Positions 52,412-63,637 are shown, numbered from the stretch's first letter. The stretch is DNA of 64,000 bases from a bacterium (GCA_028688815.1 JAQTXJ010000001.1:20587-84586); one strand, 5' to 3'. A program made the numbers and translations. The notes: generated from the letters alone by a model not told the origin.

Positions 52412-52600
52412 ATGAATATGAATAATCGTCCGCTGTTTGGAAGAAACCCTACTCTTATGAACACAAACAACCGTCAATTGTTTCAGAAGAAACCCATAAA
52501 ACCCAATACCGTGCCTATGCTTTTAGGAATAGCTGTTTTTTTCTTTTTATTTTTTATCGCCCGTAAATTTCTGTTAAAAATGATAACCTTACAACAATGA
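52412..52600 (+). CDS. Small single-TM membrane protein (hypothetical)
   Basis: 62 aa; N-terminal tandem NNRxLFxxxP repeats and a C-terminal TM helix; its stop overlaps the trpS start (ATGA). Confidence 0.35.
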   Translation: MNMNNRPLFGRNPTLMNTNNRQLFQKKPIKPNTVPMLLGIAVFFFLFFIARKFLLKMITLQQ

Positions 52601-53610
52601 AAAGAATCCTCTCCGGAAGCAGACCAACAGGCAGAACCCATATTGGCCACTTATTTGGAGCGCTTTCAAACTGGGCAAAACTGCAGGACACTTACGAATG
52701 TTTTTTTGAAGTAGCCGACATTCACGCTTTAACTACAAGCATCAATAAAGAAGAAATGCGACCGGTAATTCGCGAACTTGTTGCAGATTGGATTGCTTGC
52801 GGAATTGACCCCCAAAAATCTACACTGTTTATCCAATCCCTTGTTCCTCAACATTCCGAATTGCATTTGTTCTTGTCAATGCTTATGCCCGTAAACTGGC
52901 TTAAACAAAATCCAACCCTTAAAGATAGGATAAGAAATTATACCCCTCCAAAAGAAGACACAAATACTCCGGAAATAATAGAAGACCTGTATTCAAATTT
53001 AAATTATGGTTTGTTAGGGTATCCCGTTTTGCAAGCAGCAGACATACTTATTTACAAAGCGGATGCTGTGCCTGTAGGCGAAGACCAGCTTCCTCATATA
53101 GAGATGACACGAGAAATCGCCCGCAAATTTAACAATGCTTACAGGAATATATTTCCCGAACCCGAATCTATAATTAATACCACTACAAGAGTTCCCGGTC
53201 TGGATGGACGGAAAATGTCAAAATCACTAAACAATACAATCATTATAAATGAATCTTTGGAATCCATTAAATCTAAAATATCTCAGGCATTTACCGACCC
53301 GCTGAAAATTCGTAAAACCGACCCGGGGCATACGGATGGGTGCATTGTTTTTGCATATCATAAACTTGTTGCAAGTTCAGAAGCCATTCCCATAATAAAA
53401 AAAGAATGCGAAGAAGGAACTCGTGGATGCGTAAGCTGCAAAGCTGAATGCTCGGGAGCAATGAATAAATTTATTGAACCATTCAGAGAAAAAAGAGCGC
53501 ATATAAACATAAACGATGTAGACAATATCCTTGAAGCAGGTTCAAAAAAAGCAAGAGAAGTGGCTAACACTACTCTCAAAGAAGTAAAAGAAGCAATGAA
53601 ATTGTGGTAA
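52597..53610 (+). CDS. trpS: Tryptophan--tRNA ligase
   Basis: PTGRTHIGH (HIGH) and KMSKS motifs. Confidence 0.9.
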   Translation: MKRILSGSRPTGRTHIGHLFGALSNWAKLQDTYECFFEVADIHALTTSINKEEMRPVIRELVADWIACGIDPQKSTLFIQSLVPQHSELHLFLSMLMPVNWLKQNPTLKDRIRNYTPPKEDTNTPEIIEDLYSNLNYGLLGYPVLQAADILIYKADAVPVGEDQLPHIEMTREIARKFNNAYRNIFPEPESIINTTTRVPGLDGRKMSKSLNNTIIINESLESIKSKISQAFTDPLKIRKTDPGHTDGCIVFAYHKLVASSEAIPIIKKECEEGTRGCVSCKAECSGAMNKFIEPFREKRAHININDVDNILEAGSKKAREVANTTLKEVKEAMKLW

Positions 53611-53898
53611 CCTCATTCAAAAACAGAAAATTTTGGGCAGATCAACGCAGATAACAAAAAGATTAAGAAAAAATATAAAAATTGAAAAACTACAAACAAA
53701 TAACGAATACAAAAAGGATCAGGAATTTTAGACAGGATTAACAGGATAAAAGATTAAACAAAGAACAAATTTATAGACACAAATTAAAGAAAACAGTTTA
53801 TAGTTAACGAATAACAAAAACAGAGCGCGGAAAAAATTTTATAAATCCTGACAATCTGCGTTCATCAGCGTCCTAAGAAAGGTGTTTCTTAATAATAT

Positions 53899-54921
53899 AT
53901 GTTAATAAAAGATTTTTCTTATGAGTTGCCGGAGTCTCTTATCGCACAGTATCCTGCCAAACGAGGAGAATCAAGATTATTAGTCCTGCATAAAGATACA
54001 GGCAAAATTGAGCATAGAACTTTTCCCGAAATAATAGAATATCTTAACAATAGAGACGTGCTTGTCCTGAACGAAACCAAAGTTATGCCGGCTCGTCTTA
54101 TCGGCAAACGAACGGATACAGGTGGAAAAGTAGAAATACTGTTAACTAACAAAACATCGGAATCCTGCTGGTCTTTTATTGGCAAACCCACCCGTTCAAT
54201 GAAACCGGGAGTTAAAATTGAGTTTGGCCCCGATTTCAGCGGAGAAATAATTTCCGTGAATGATGCTATAAAGTTCAAGTTTCCTGTTATGGAGAATTTT
54301 GAACTCAAACTCAACAAATACGGAAAGATGCCTCTTCCACCTTATATAAAAAGAGAGGCTTTTTCTGAAGATAAAACGACTTATCAAACGGTATATGCAA
54401 AGACAGAAGGCGCCTGCGCTGCACCAACTGCTGGTTTACATTTCACAGAATCCATATTAAATAAAATAGAAACAAAAGGAATAAACATATCAAAGATTTT
54501 ATTGCATACCGGGTTAGGCAGTTTTAGTCCCATACGGTGTGAAAACGTAGAAGAACATAAAATGATGTCTGAATACTATGAGATTCCTGAATCATCCGCG
54601 GATAAAATTAACTCCGTTAATACTGGTTCCATAATCGCGGTAGGAACCACTACCGTGAGAACTCTTGAGAGTATGGCAGAAGTAAGAAACAGTAAAAAAC
54701 ACTTAAAATCAGGAGAAGGATGGACGAATAAATTTATATATCCGGGTTACAAATTCCAAATGATAGACAAATTAATTACAAATTTTCATCTCCCGGAATC
54801 CTCATTATTTTTACTCGTTTGCGCTTTTGCAGGACAAAAGATTATACAGAAAGCATATAAAGAAGCTATAGATAAAAAATACAGATTCTATTCTTACGGC
54901 GACGCAATGTTTATATTATGA
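53899..54921 (+). CDS. queA: S-adenosylmethionine:tRNA ribosyltransferase-isomerase
   Basis: N-terminal FSYELPESLIAQYPAKRGESRLLV and PPYI motifs typical of QueA. Confidence 0.9.
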   Translation: MLIKDFSYELPESLIAQYPAKRGESRLLVLHKDTGKIEHRTFPEIIEYLNNRDVLVLNETKVMPARLIGKRTDTGGKVEILLTNKTSESCWSFIGKPTRSMKPGVKIEFGPDFSGEIISVNDAIKFKFPVMENFELKLNKYGKMPLPPYIKREAFSEDKTTYQTVYAKTEGACAAPTAGLHFTESILNKIETKGINISKILLHTGLGSFSPIRCENVEEHKMMSEYYEIPESSADKINSVNTGSIIAVGTTTVRTLESMAEVRNSKKHLKSGEGWTNKFIYPGYKFQMIDKLITNFHLPESSLFLLVCAFAGQKIIQKAYKEAIDKKYRFYSYGDAMFIL

Positions 54922-57732
54922 GCCCACTAACGGCAAAGGCATCGGTTGTTTCATTTCCTTATTCAGTTCTTTTATTAATTGCACTGCAACAGAATCATAA
55001 GGATGATAAACTACCCATTTCTCTAATAATATTTTTGCAAGTTCGGTTTGTTGTCCCATTCTGAACAAAGACAATATCTTTCCCGCAAGCATCTGATTTT
55101 TCATACACTGGTCAAGAATCTTATTCATTTCAAATATTTTATTCGTGGATTGATACACTCTAATCAGTCCTGCATATCCTGCTGCCGGGTCTTCCGGACT
55201 CATCTCAATTGCTTTATTAAAAGCTTCCACTGCTTTGTCCACGTTCTTTGAATTCAGATAAGCTTCCCCTATGGTATACCATTCCATCGGGTCTTTTGCA
55301 ACTTTTGCCAGTTCATTTATATTTTCCATCGCCTCTGTCTGTCTACCTGTTAATTGGTATAGCGCAGCAAGATGATAATTGAAAGGCAATACATCTTCGG
55401 ACTGGAATTTTTTACCGTCTTCCAGAGCTTTTATGGCTTTATCCAAATCTCCTTTTTCTCTGTAGGCTAATCCGAGCGCGAAATAAGAAGCGGCGTAATT
55501 AGTAAGCAATCTTTTATCATTTTCACTCTTATAAACTTTAGGGTCAAATAATGACCTATATTTATATACTTTATTTAATAACGAGTCTGAAACTTGTATA
55601 TTAAACCTCTGTGCACCGGGACCAACCACTCTATACGCCATTGCTTCCATTTGAACATAAGGCGTAAGAGCTTCCATGTTATCCATAGAAACCGTTACTG
55701 CAAAGAATATAGGTATTTTAGGTTTGTAACTTTTCATAACTATATTAGCAAAGTCTTCTGCGGGCAGAAAGTATTCTTCGGGTAACCTGACCCAGTATTC
55801 TCTTGGAATGCGTCTCACATAATAATCCGGGCGAATAAGTTCCATATCTGCCGGGATTTTGTCTCTATATTTTTTAGGTAATGCGGCTCTTTTTATTGGC
55901 ATAAAGATTTTAGGTTCAAACTTAAATCCGCTATTAGTGGCAAGCATATCTCTTACCGCCAAATCTTTTACGAATAAAGTTTTATCTTTTACGGGTTCGC
56001 CATTTTTAATCACAGGGAAAGGAATAAGATTTTCGGCTTCATAATCTGTAAAGGAGATAGGCGCCCCCCAGCTTTTCAGTTGTTTTATATACCAGTCCGT
56101 ATTAAGCAACGATAAGTTTGCTACCATTAACTTAGGCTTAACGTTCTTCACCAGTTGTGCAAACCATAATGGGAATGTATCATTATCCCCGTTTGTAAAT
56201 ATTACGGCACCGTCATCACAAGAACTTAGCATATTATAGGCATAATCATCCGGAATCCAGTTCCCCCGTCTATTTATATGCGAGTGGAAATTTCCAAAAA
56301 TAGGTACTAAAACAAGCAATCCCAAAATCGGAGACATAATTCTCTGGTACCACTTATTTTTTAACAACATTAATAATCCCCATACCCCGATACCAATATA
56401 CCATCCAAATAAAGTAAATGCTGAGTCATAGAAATAATGTCGTTCTCTTACTTCTACGGGTCTGTGCAGAGGATTAGTGTCGGAAGGAGAGAACTTAAAA
56501 TTCATATAAAAAGTAAGAACAAAAGTTAATGTAATTAACAATGTAAACATTAACCAGAATGTACGCTTTTCTTTTTTATAATGTGTCCATATACCAAATA
56601 ATCCGATTCCTATAAAAATAATATTAAAGAATAAGCTTGATAGTTTAGTAAAATTAGAAGCGATTTCTCCTTCCCATCTTGACTGTCTTGGATACGGAAC
56701 CCACTGCCATGTCAGATAATCCGTAAAAAACTTGATCTGATATACAAAAGCCTGCACCATATTATATTTATTTTCCGGAGTTTCGGTTTCTCTTTTAAGT
56801 ATCGTGCTTACTCCAAGCTTTGCAGGACCATATTGTGTTCTTGAAAAGACATCCCATAATTTTGGAATGTTAGTAGGAGCAGCTTCATTAATATACGGAT
56901 TATGATGTGATCTTATCATAAGATAAGAATAACTTCCTATCCCCAATAAAAACCCAATTACTACAAGCCCAATAAATTTCCCATCAAACATTTCTTTACG
57001 GTAAGTCACTATAAGGAAAATTATTACGGCTATTCCCATTATTCCAACCATAATGAGTGACATTCCCATAAAAACGGCAAGGAATGGCAATGTTATTGCT
57101 ATAAATCTTAAACTGTCCCAATCTCTTTTATTTAATAATATAAATAAGAATATTGCAGGAGCAGTAAGTATTGGCATTAACTGTATTCCGATTGAAATTG
57201 CAAACATATAAGTAATCAGGAATAAATATCTTTTATTATAAGAAGTATGCAGTTCATCCTGCCATCTTAATATCCAGAACACGCATAATATAACCATTAA
57301 AGATGCTAATCTATAAACTTCGGCTTCTACCGCGCCCCACCAGCAGGTATATGCAAAAGACCCAATCATAGCTCCTACGCCGGAGCTTAATGATATTATA
57401 AAATGCTCCATTTTGGTTTGGGGAGCTTTAATTTTTACAAGTATTTTCGCAGCTATTACCCATAACAAGCCTGCAGTAATTGCTCCGCTTATTACCGACC
57501 CCATATTTACCCTGAATGCAATTTCCTTTCCAAAAGGAATAAAGCATAATATTTTATTAAGGAGGGTATATAATGGTGAGCCCGGTGGATGGGGGACTCC
57601 CAAAGAATAACCACAGGCAATAAATTCTCCACAGTCCCAGAAAGACAAAGAAGGCTGGACTGTATAAAGATAAATACCGAATACGGCTAAAGTGGAGATA
57701 ATAAATCCCCACATATATTCTTTTTTACTCAT
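54916..57732 (-). CDS. DUF2723-family polytopic membrane protein with C-terminal TPR repeats
   Basis: N-terminal FWDCGEFIA...GVPHPPGSPLY motif typical of DUF2723; more than 10 TM helices; C-terminal third consists of TPR-like repeats. Confidence 0.65.
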   Translation of the reverse strand: MSKKEYMWGFIISTLAVFGIYLYTVQPSLSFWDCGEFIACGYSLGVPHPPGSPLYTLLNKILCFIPFGKEIAFRVNMGSVISGAITAGLLWVIAAKILVKIKAPQTKMEHFIISLSSGVGAMIGSFAYTCWWGAVEAEVYRLASLMVILCVFWILRWQDELHTSYNKRYLFLITYMFAISIGIQLMPILTAPAIFLFILLNKRDWDSLRFIAITLPFLAVFMGMSLIMVGIMGIAVIIFLIVTYRKEMFDGKFIGLVVIGFLLGIGSYSYLMIRSHHNPYINEAAPTNIPKLWDVFSRTQYGPAKLGVSTILKRETETPENKYNMVQAFVYQIKFFTDYLTWQWVPYPRQSRWEGEIASNFTKLSSLFFNIIFIGIGLFGIWTHYKKEKRTFWLMFTLLITLTFVLTFYMNFKFSPSDTNPLHRPVEVRERHYFYDSAFTLFGWYIGIGVWGLLMLLKNKWYQRIMSPILGLLVLVPIFGNFHSHINRRGNWIPDDYAYNMLSSCDDGAVIFTNGDNDTFPLWFAQLVKNVKPKLMVANLSLLNTDWYIKQLKSWGAPISFTDYEAENLIPFPVIKNGEPVKDKTLFVKDLAVRDMLATNSGFKFEPKIFMPIKRAALPKKYRDKIPADMELIRPDYYVRRIPREYWVRLPEEYFLPAEDFANIVMKSYKPKIPIFFAVTVSMDNMEALTPYVQMEAMAYRVVGPGAQRFNIQVSDSLLNKVYKYRSLFDPKVYKSENDKRLLTNYAASYFALGLAYREKGDLDKAIKALEDGKKFQSEDVLPFNYHLAALYQLTGRQTEAMENINELAKVAKDPMEWYTIGEAYLNSKNVDKAVEAFNKAIEMSPEDPAAGYAGLIRVYQSTNKIFEMNKILDQCMKNQMLAGKILSLFRMGQQTELAKILLEKWVVYHPYDSVAVQLIKELNKEMKQPMPLPLVGS

Positions 57733-57749
57733 TCTAAACGCTCCTTTTT

Positions 57750-58484
57750 TTATACTGCTTGTTTATATAGTTCTTGTTTTACTTTTGTTTTAGGTATATT
57801 TGTAATTAATTCTCCTTTTACTGCAATACTTATGTTACCTGTTTCTTCAGATACTATAATACATACTGCGTCCGTTTCTTCTGATAAACCAAGCGCGGCC
57901 CTATGCCTTGTCCCGATTTCAGTTACCAATGGTTTTTCAGAAACAGGTAAAATACATGCGGCAGCCACTAACATATTTCCTCTTACAATAACGGCTCCAT
58001 CGTGTAAAGGAGAAAGAGGAGTAAAAACGGTAAGTATAATTTCGCTTGATAATCTTGATTCCATAAGTTGTCCCGTATCTATATAATCTTTAAGGGAAAC
58101 TTCCCTTTCTATTACAATTATTGCGCCTTCTTTTTTTTCTGATAACGCAAATACCGTTTTTGCAAGTTCATCAATAGGCATTTTTATTTCTTGTGTAAAT
58201 ACTTTTCCAAATCTCGCCCCAAGTCTTGCAAGTGCATTTCTAAGTTCCGGTTGAAATAAAAACACTAAGATTATTATCCATGCAGTTCCTAACCCCTTAA
58301 ATATAAATGAAAGTGTTTCAAATTTAAGAAAATCGGATACAACGGCAAGGACAAATAAGCTTACTACTCCAAACATCATTTGAAGCGCTTTTGTCCCTTT
58401 AATGAAAGAAAAGAAATAATAAATAAAAGCAGAAAGTATTATAATTTCTAATGCATTTACTGCTCTAAATTTAATAAATCCCAT
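57750..58484 (-). CDS. cdaA: Diadenylate cyclase (c-di-AMP synthase), CdaA-type
   Basis: Three N-terminal TM helices plus the DAC domain (DGAVIV, RHRAALGLSEETDA). Confidence 0.8.
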   Translation of the reverse strand: MGFIKFRAVNALEIIILSAFIYYFFSFIKGTKALQMMFGVVSLFVLAVVSDFLKFETLSFIFKGLGTAWIIILVFLFQPELRNALARLGARFGKVFTQEIKMPIDELAKTVFALSEKKEGAIIVIEREVSLKDYIDTGQLMESRLSSEIILTVFTPLSPLHDGAVIVRGNMLVAAACILPVSEKPLVTEIGTRHRAALGLSEETDAVCIIVSEETGNISIAVKGELITNIPKTKVKQELYKQAV

Positions 58485-58524
58485 TTTTAATTAGAAGTTC
58501 TTAGGCTCTAGCCCATAGAGCTTC

Positions 58525-60477
58525 TTATCCGGACTTTCCGGATTTTTTCTTCGTTATTTTCGATATTTGTTTACTTACGGGCTTCGGTGGTTTAGAAGTT
58601 TGTGTTAATCCCAATATTTCATCTATTTCATCTCCCGTAAGGACTTCTCTTTCCAATAATTTCTTTGCAAGACTATGCAAACCCTTCATATGTTCTTTAA
58701 TTATGTTCTTAGCTTTGGTTTCGCCCATTCTGACAAACTTACTAATTTCCTTATCTATGCTTTTTGCAGTTTCTTCGGAAAAATCTCTGTGTTGCGAAAT
58801 TTCCCTTCCAAGGAATATTTCTTCATTCTTTTTCCCGAAAGCTATCGGTCCAAGCACATCACTCATACCCCATCTGCAAACCATTTTATGGGCAAGTTCG
58901 GTAGCCTGTTCAATGTCATTCCTTGCTCCTGTTGTTTCGGTATTAATGGCGCTAACTTCGGCTGCCCTTCCGCCACATAAAACTGCAAGTTGGGTAAAAC
59001 AGTATTCCCTGGAATAATTTTTCCGTTCATCGACAGGCAATTGTTGTGTAATACCGAGAGCCATGCCTCTCGGTATAATAGTAACCTTGTGTATAGGGTC
59101 TGCCCCGGGTGTAAATTTCGCCACAATTACGTGTCCTGCCTCATGATAAGCCGTATTTTTACGTTCATTTTCCGACAAGACAAGGCTCTTTCTTTCTACT
59201 CCCATAAGAACTTTATCTTTAGCTTCTTCAAAGTCTTCCATTTCTACTTTATCTTTACCTTTTTTAGCCGCAAGAAGCGCTGACTCGTTAACCGTATTGG
59301 CAATATCTGCACCTGAAAAACCAGGTGTCCCACGAGCCAATACCTTTAGGTCAACATCTTCCGACATAGGAATTTTCTTTATATGAACTTTAAAAATCAT
59401 TTCCCTTCCAAGTATATCCGGTCTATCCACTACGATTTGTCTGTCAAATCTTCCCGGCCTTAAAAGAGCAGGGTCAAGTATGTCCGGGCGATTGGTTGCC
59501 GCCATTACAATAATCCCTTTATTTGCCTCGAAGCCATCCATTTCCACTAGTAAGGCGTTTAAGGTTTGTTCTCTTTCGTCGTGTCCGCCACCGATTCCCG
59601 CTCCACGGTATCTTCCGACGGCATCAAGCTCATCTATAAATATAATACAGGGTGCGCTTTTCTTTCCTTTATTGAATAAATCCCTGACTCTTGAAGCTCC
59701 AATCCCTACAAACAATTCAACGAAGTCCGAACCTGACATAGAGAAAAAAGGCACGCCGGCTTCTCCTGCGGTAGCACGGGCAAGTAAAGTTTTCCCGGTT
59801 CCGGGAGCTCCGAGAAGTAACGCGCCTTTTGGAATTTTGGCTCCAAGACGTTCAAATTTTTTAGGGAATTTCAAAAATTCAACTATTTCACGTAATTCGT
59901 TTTTAGCTTCCTCCACGCCTGCTACATCTTCAAAAGTTATTTTGTCCCCTTTGTTATCTACTCTTCTTGCTTTACTTTGTCCGAAACTCATTGCATCTTT
60001 AGGCACTTTCCCCATATTTCTAAACATAAAAAACCAGAAAACAATTAAAATCACAAGAAAAAAAAGGGTCGGGCCAAATCTGGAAAAAACGTTAGAAAAT
60101 GCACGGGCATCAACCTTAACTCCCTGCATTATGAGTTCAGATATTGTAGTTTCATCCGCAAAGGGCATAAGAGTTTTAAAATACCGGGATTCTATGTTGT
60201 TCTGTTTGATTGGGGTTTTGAATTCTCCTTGAATCTCCCTATCCGCAATAACTACTATATTGGCTATGTTATTTGAATCCACTTGCGACCGAAATTGTGA
60301 ATACGGTATTTCCATTGTTTTTGCAGTCCCGAACTGTGAAAGCATAAGAATAAGTCCCAAGATAAACAATATCCAGATAAATATTCCTCCAACAAATGGC
60401 TTTGGAGGAAGTTTCTTATTTGAATTTTTACGATCCCCGCCTGAGCGGGATGCACCATTCTTATTATTCATTTTCAT
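58525..60477 (-). CDS. ftsH: ATP-dependent zinc metalloprotease FtsH
   Basis: Walker A GAPGTGKT, second region of homology (SRH), HEAGH zinc motif. Confidence 0.95.
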   Translation of the reverse strand: MKMNNKNGASRSGGDRKNSNKKLPPKPFVGGIFIWILFILGLILMLSQFGTAKTMEIPYSQFRSQVDSNNIANIVVIADREIQGEFKTPIKQNNIESRYFKTLMPFADETTISELIMQGVKVDARAFSNVFSRFGPTLFFLVILIVFWFFMFRNMGKVPKDAMSFGQSKARRVDNKGDKITFEDVAGVEEAKNELREIVEFLKFPKKFERLGAKIPKGALLLGAPGTGKTLLARATAGEAGVPFFSMSGSDFVELFVGIGASRVRDLFNKGKKSAPCIIFIDELDAVGRYRGAGIGGGHDEREQTLNALLVEMDGFEANKGIIVMAATNRPDILDPALLRPGRFDRQIVVDRPDILGREMIFKVHIKKIPMSEDVDLKVLARGTPGFSGADIANTVNESALLAAKKGKDKVEMEDFEEAKDKVLMGVERKSLVLSENERKNTAYHEAGHVIVAKFTPGADPIHKVTIIPRGMALGITQQLPVDERKNYSREYCFTQLAVLCGGRAAEVSAINTETTGARNDIEQATELAHKMVCRWGMSDVLGPIAFGKKNEEIFLGREISQHRDFSEETAKSIDKEISKFVRMGETKAKNIIKEHMKGLHSLAKKLLEREVLTGDEIDEILGLTQTSKPPKPVSKQISKITKKKSGKSG

Positions 60478-61927
60478 TCATTGCCTTTACCTTTACTTCA
60501 AGGATTTTTTTTGTATTGTCTTCTATAAGCGCTCTATACGCTCTTCTTCCACCTATAATCCATAAAATTCCAAGTTTGTCTATTAATAAAGGGATTTCCA
60601 TTCTTTTTTCTGCTGGAATCCTATCATCAATAAAAACTTTTTTTAGACTTTTACTGTATCCTGCTCCCAAAAATTTATCTCCTATTTTTTTTGCCCTTAT
60701 GCATAACGGTAAATTCAGTTTATCAAAATCAAAATATTCTTTATGTTTATCGTCAAAAGTTAACGTTTTGCAATTCCTTCCACTTTTTGCGCCATGAAAG
60801 TTATATTTTTTCATTTTAGTACAAATTTTGTATTTGCCAACTTTTATTTCTCCCGGGATAGGTAATATAACTTGCCTGAGCGCAGTCAGGGGTTCCGACA
60901 ACTTATCCACTGCTCCACCTGAAACGGGTCTTATCGTATGAAGAGAAGTTTTTTCATTTACAAAGTTCATGGAGGAAAATGATTTTGTAACTTGAAGGTT
61001 GTGTGATACAAAAACATTTCCGGGTTTGGCTTTTGCTATATACCTTATTATATTTTCCGTTTCTTCAAAGTTAGGAATTACAGAACTTAGTTTTTCTACT
61101 AATTTACGGATTACCCTTCTTTTTATTGCTACATCTTCGTTTAAAAATGCGGTCAGGTTTAATTTAATCCCTTGGAACATCCCGTCATTGTTGTTTTTTT
61201 CTATTAGCAACTTATTGAGTGATTTTTCCGTAAGCTTTTCCAGAAGTTTTTCCTCTTGCTCCATAATTTCTCTGAATTGAATTATTTTTTTCCCGAAAGA
61301 AGATGACAATTGTTTAACAATTTTATGTCTTACAAAGTTACGAGTATATTTACAATTATAATTTGAATAATCTGTTTCGTATTTTATTTTTTCATTTTTA
61401 AGGAAACGAGTTATATCACTGTGTTCAATCTCAATTAAAGGTCTTATAATGTTGCCCCTTATAGGTGGAATCAAAGATAATCCTTTACGCCCAGTCCCTC
61501 TTGCAAGCCTCATAAAAAAAGTCTCGACTTCATCCGTCATTGTATGTCCTGTAGCAATTTTAGTTGCGCCAATTTTTGACACTATTTTATTCAAAAATGC
61601 GTATCTTGCTTCACGCCCTGCTTCTTCTAAGGTTAATTTGTTTTCTCTGGCATATGCTTTTATATCTATTTTTCCCGTTGTAATCGGGATTTTATAATTT
61701 CGCGCGATTGATTTAACGAATTCCATTTCCCTGTCTGCTTTTTTTCGAAGTCCGTGATTCAGGTGAGCTATATGAAGAGTAAGGGAATATTTCTTTTGTA
61801 AGTTTTTTAGTGCCCACAAAAGAAACACAGAATCTGCGCCTCCGGATACGGCAACCAAAACTTTATCCCCGGGGCTAATAAGCCCATATTTTTCAATCGT
61901 TAATATAATCTTTCCCTGCATAAGCAT
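60464..61927 (-). CDS. tilS: tRNA(Ile)-lysidine synthetase
   Basis: PP-loop SGGADS; 14-nt overlap with ftsH (conserved tilS-ftsH linkage). Confidence 0.85.
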   Translation of the reverse strand: MLMQGKIILTIEKYGLISPGDKVLVAVSGGADSVFLLWALKNLQKKYSLTLHIAHLNHGLRKKADREMEFVKSIARNYKIPITTGKIDIKAYARENKLTLEEAGREARYAFLNKIVSKIGATKIATGHTMTDEVETFFMRLARGTGRKGLSLIPPIRGNIIRPLIEIEHSDITRFLKNEKIKYETDYSNYNCKYTRNFVRHKIVKQLSSSFGKKIIQFREIMEQEEKLLEKLTEKSLNKLLIEKNNNDGMFQGIKLNLTAFLNEDVAIKRRVIRKLVEKLSSVIPNFEETENIIRYIAKAKPGNVFVSHNLQVTKSFSSMNFVNEKTSLHTIRPVSGGAVDKLSEPLTALRQVILPIPGEIKVGKYKICTKMKKYNFHGAKSGRNCKTLTFDDKHKEYFDFDKLNLPLCIRAKKIGDKFLGAGYSKSLKKVFIDDRIPAEKRMEIPLLIDKLGILWIIGGRRAYRALIEDNTKKILEVKVKAMNENE

Positions 61928-62059
61928 AATTGTTAAAAATAAATTAAAATAGCCGTTTTGTCAAATTATTTAATTGTATAATAAAGCTATGTTTTTAATA
62001 AGAAGAAAGATACTGCAAGCAGGTTTCTTTGAGTTGTTTTCAACCTTTATTAATTATTT

Positions 62060-63637
62060 TCAGAAATTAATACTAATTAAAGACCCGCTAAACGGCATAT
62101 TTTCTTTTTTACTCATCAACAAGTTCAATAAGTTTTGGGGTTGCAGTTGCAGGTTAAGCCCCATAGAGTGTTCTCCCTGTCCGCGACTTATGAGAGCATT
62201 TGTAACAAGGTATCCTGCCCATCCCCCGGTAAGCCCCATTGAAAATTTAACTTTTCCGTCTTCAGGTTTTGTTACCATCATAACGCCTGCGCCGACAAGA
62301 GTCCCTGCCAGGGTTCCACCTGTCAAGGCTACACCATCTACAAGTGTAAGGTCAGGTGTTTTAAAAAGCCGCATCCCTTTCCATAATCCCAAAAGGTTAA
62401 TTGCGCCTGCCGTACCGGCATATAACTTCTGTTTTGTAGCAGTCATTCCAGAATCCAGATCTCCCCAGAGATATGAAGAAACGTTCATACTTGTTGCCGC
62501 AGATAATGCCGCAAACGTTGTAAATCCAAGCCAATCCCCATAAGTATATACGTCTTTTGCTTTGTTGTACCACCAATATTCCCCGCATCCCAGTCCGCAA
62601 AGCGTAAAAGCTTCCAACGTTCTCTTTTCCCAACCAAGATGTTCCCAGTCTTCAAACTTACCAGGGATTACAAGATACGGGACAAGAGCACCATAAAATC
62701 CACCCCAGTAACCCATTTCAGCCATCATCGCAGCTCTGCCTTCATTTAATTTATGCCTTCCCGCAAACGAGTAACCTGCAAAATCTCCTAAGATTCCACC
62801 CGCAAGTGCGCTTACCTTATAGATTTTAGAATAATCCGTCGAGCCCGAAAATCTTGTTATATCTGCCAAAAGAAGCCCTACTCCATACCCCTGGTGAGTC
62901 CATGACCAGGAAAAACCGGCCTGACCAAGAGTCACAGGTTTGTTAATTGTCAGAGCGAGAGGGATAAAGAATCCGGCCGCCGAAGTAAATAATTGAACTG
63001 CTGCCGCTACGGTGTTTGTTTCTTGCATTGAATCCGGTTTTGTTGAATCCATTGGCATTGTATCGATAATATTAGTAGTGACAAGTTGAGCCATCAAAGG
63101 AGCCCATTCGGTTGTTGATGATTGAAGAGAGGTAAGCGCAAAGAGTCCCCAACCGCTTCTATCCAATTTTGGATGAGCCAAAAACAACTTGTTTATTTTT
63201 AACTGCAACGCTTTAAATTCTCCCTCATTAATAGTTTCCCGCGTTCTTAAGAGTCTTGAGTTTTCTTTGTGAAGTATTTCTATATTATAGGAGACGGTGG
63301 ATATTTTATAAACTTCTATTTTTACCAATCCTTTTATATCCTGAAAAACACCTATTCTTTTTGCGTCCTGTGCGGTCAATGTCATTAACGTCCCTTTAGT
63401 GTCAAATGATACTTGTTCTTCTTGGAATGGAGTCATAGATACGAGGGTTCCTCTGGCATCAAAAGAGACTTGTTCTTCCCGGGATGGAAATTGTTTGCCG
63501 CTATCACCTAAAATTAAAGATTGAGAGTCGGGAGAACTTGACAGAAAAGAATATTTTATATCTGCATCTTTTGAAGTTGGTTTTACAATTTGTGAACTTG
63601 CGTTTATTAACAACGTAACTATTAATAGTATCTGCAT
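62060..63637 (-). CDS. Secreted/outer-membrane hypothetical protein with an internal duplicated EEQVSFDxxGTL motif and a Gly/aromatic-rich C-terminal half ending in Phe
   Basis: Signal peptide; repeats SREEQVSFDARGTLVSMTP and FQEEQVSFDTKGTLMTLT; C-terminal residue F. Confidence 0.45.
   Translation of the reverse strand: MQILLIVTLLINASSQIVKPTSKDADIKYSFLSSSPDSQSLILGDSGKQFPSREEQVSFDARGTLVSMTPFQEEQVSFDTKGTLMTLTAQDAKRIGVFQDIKGLVKIEVYKISTVSYNIEILHKENSRLLRTRETINEGEFKALQLKINKLFLAHPKLDRSGWGLFALTSLQSSTTEWAPLMAQLVTTNIIDTMPMDSTKPDSMQETNTVAAAVQLFTSAAGFFIPLALTINKPVTLGQAGFSWSWTHQGYGVGLLLADITRFSGSTDYSKIYKVSALAGGILGDFAGYSFAGRHKLNEGRAAMMAEMGYWGGFYGALVPYLVIPGKFEDWEHLGWEKRTLEAFTLCGLGCGEYWWYNKAKDVYTYGDWLGFTTFAALSAATSMNVSSYLWGDLDSGMTATKQKLYAGTAGAINLLGLWKGMRLFKTPDLTLVDGVALTGGTLAGTLVGAGVMMVTKPEDGKVKFSMGLTGGWAGYLVTNALISRGQGEHSMGLNLQLQPQNLLNLLMSKKENMPFSGSLISINF

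Noticed and set aside
52281-52596. T-box or other riboswitch leaders upstream of trpS, valS (31731-31843) and queA (53611-53898)
   Set aside because: No T-box consensus (AGGGUGGNACCGCG) or preQ1-like motifs were seen. queA is not a known preQ1-riboswitch target. The apparent structure near trpS is better explained by a small ORF.
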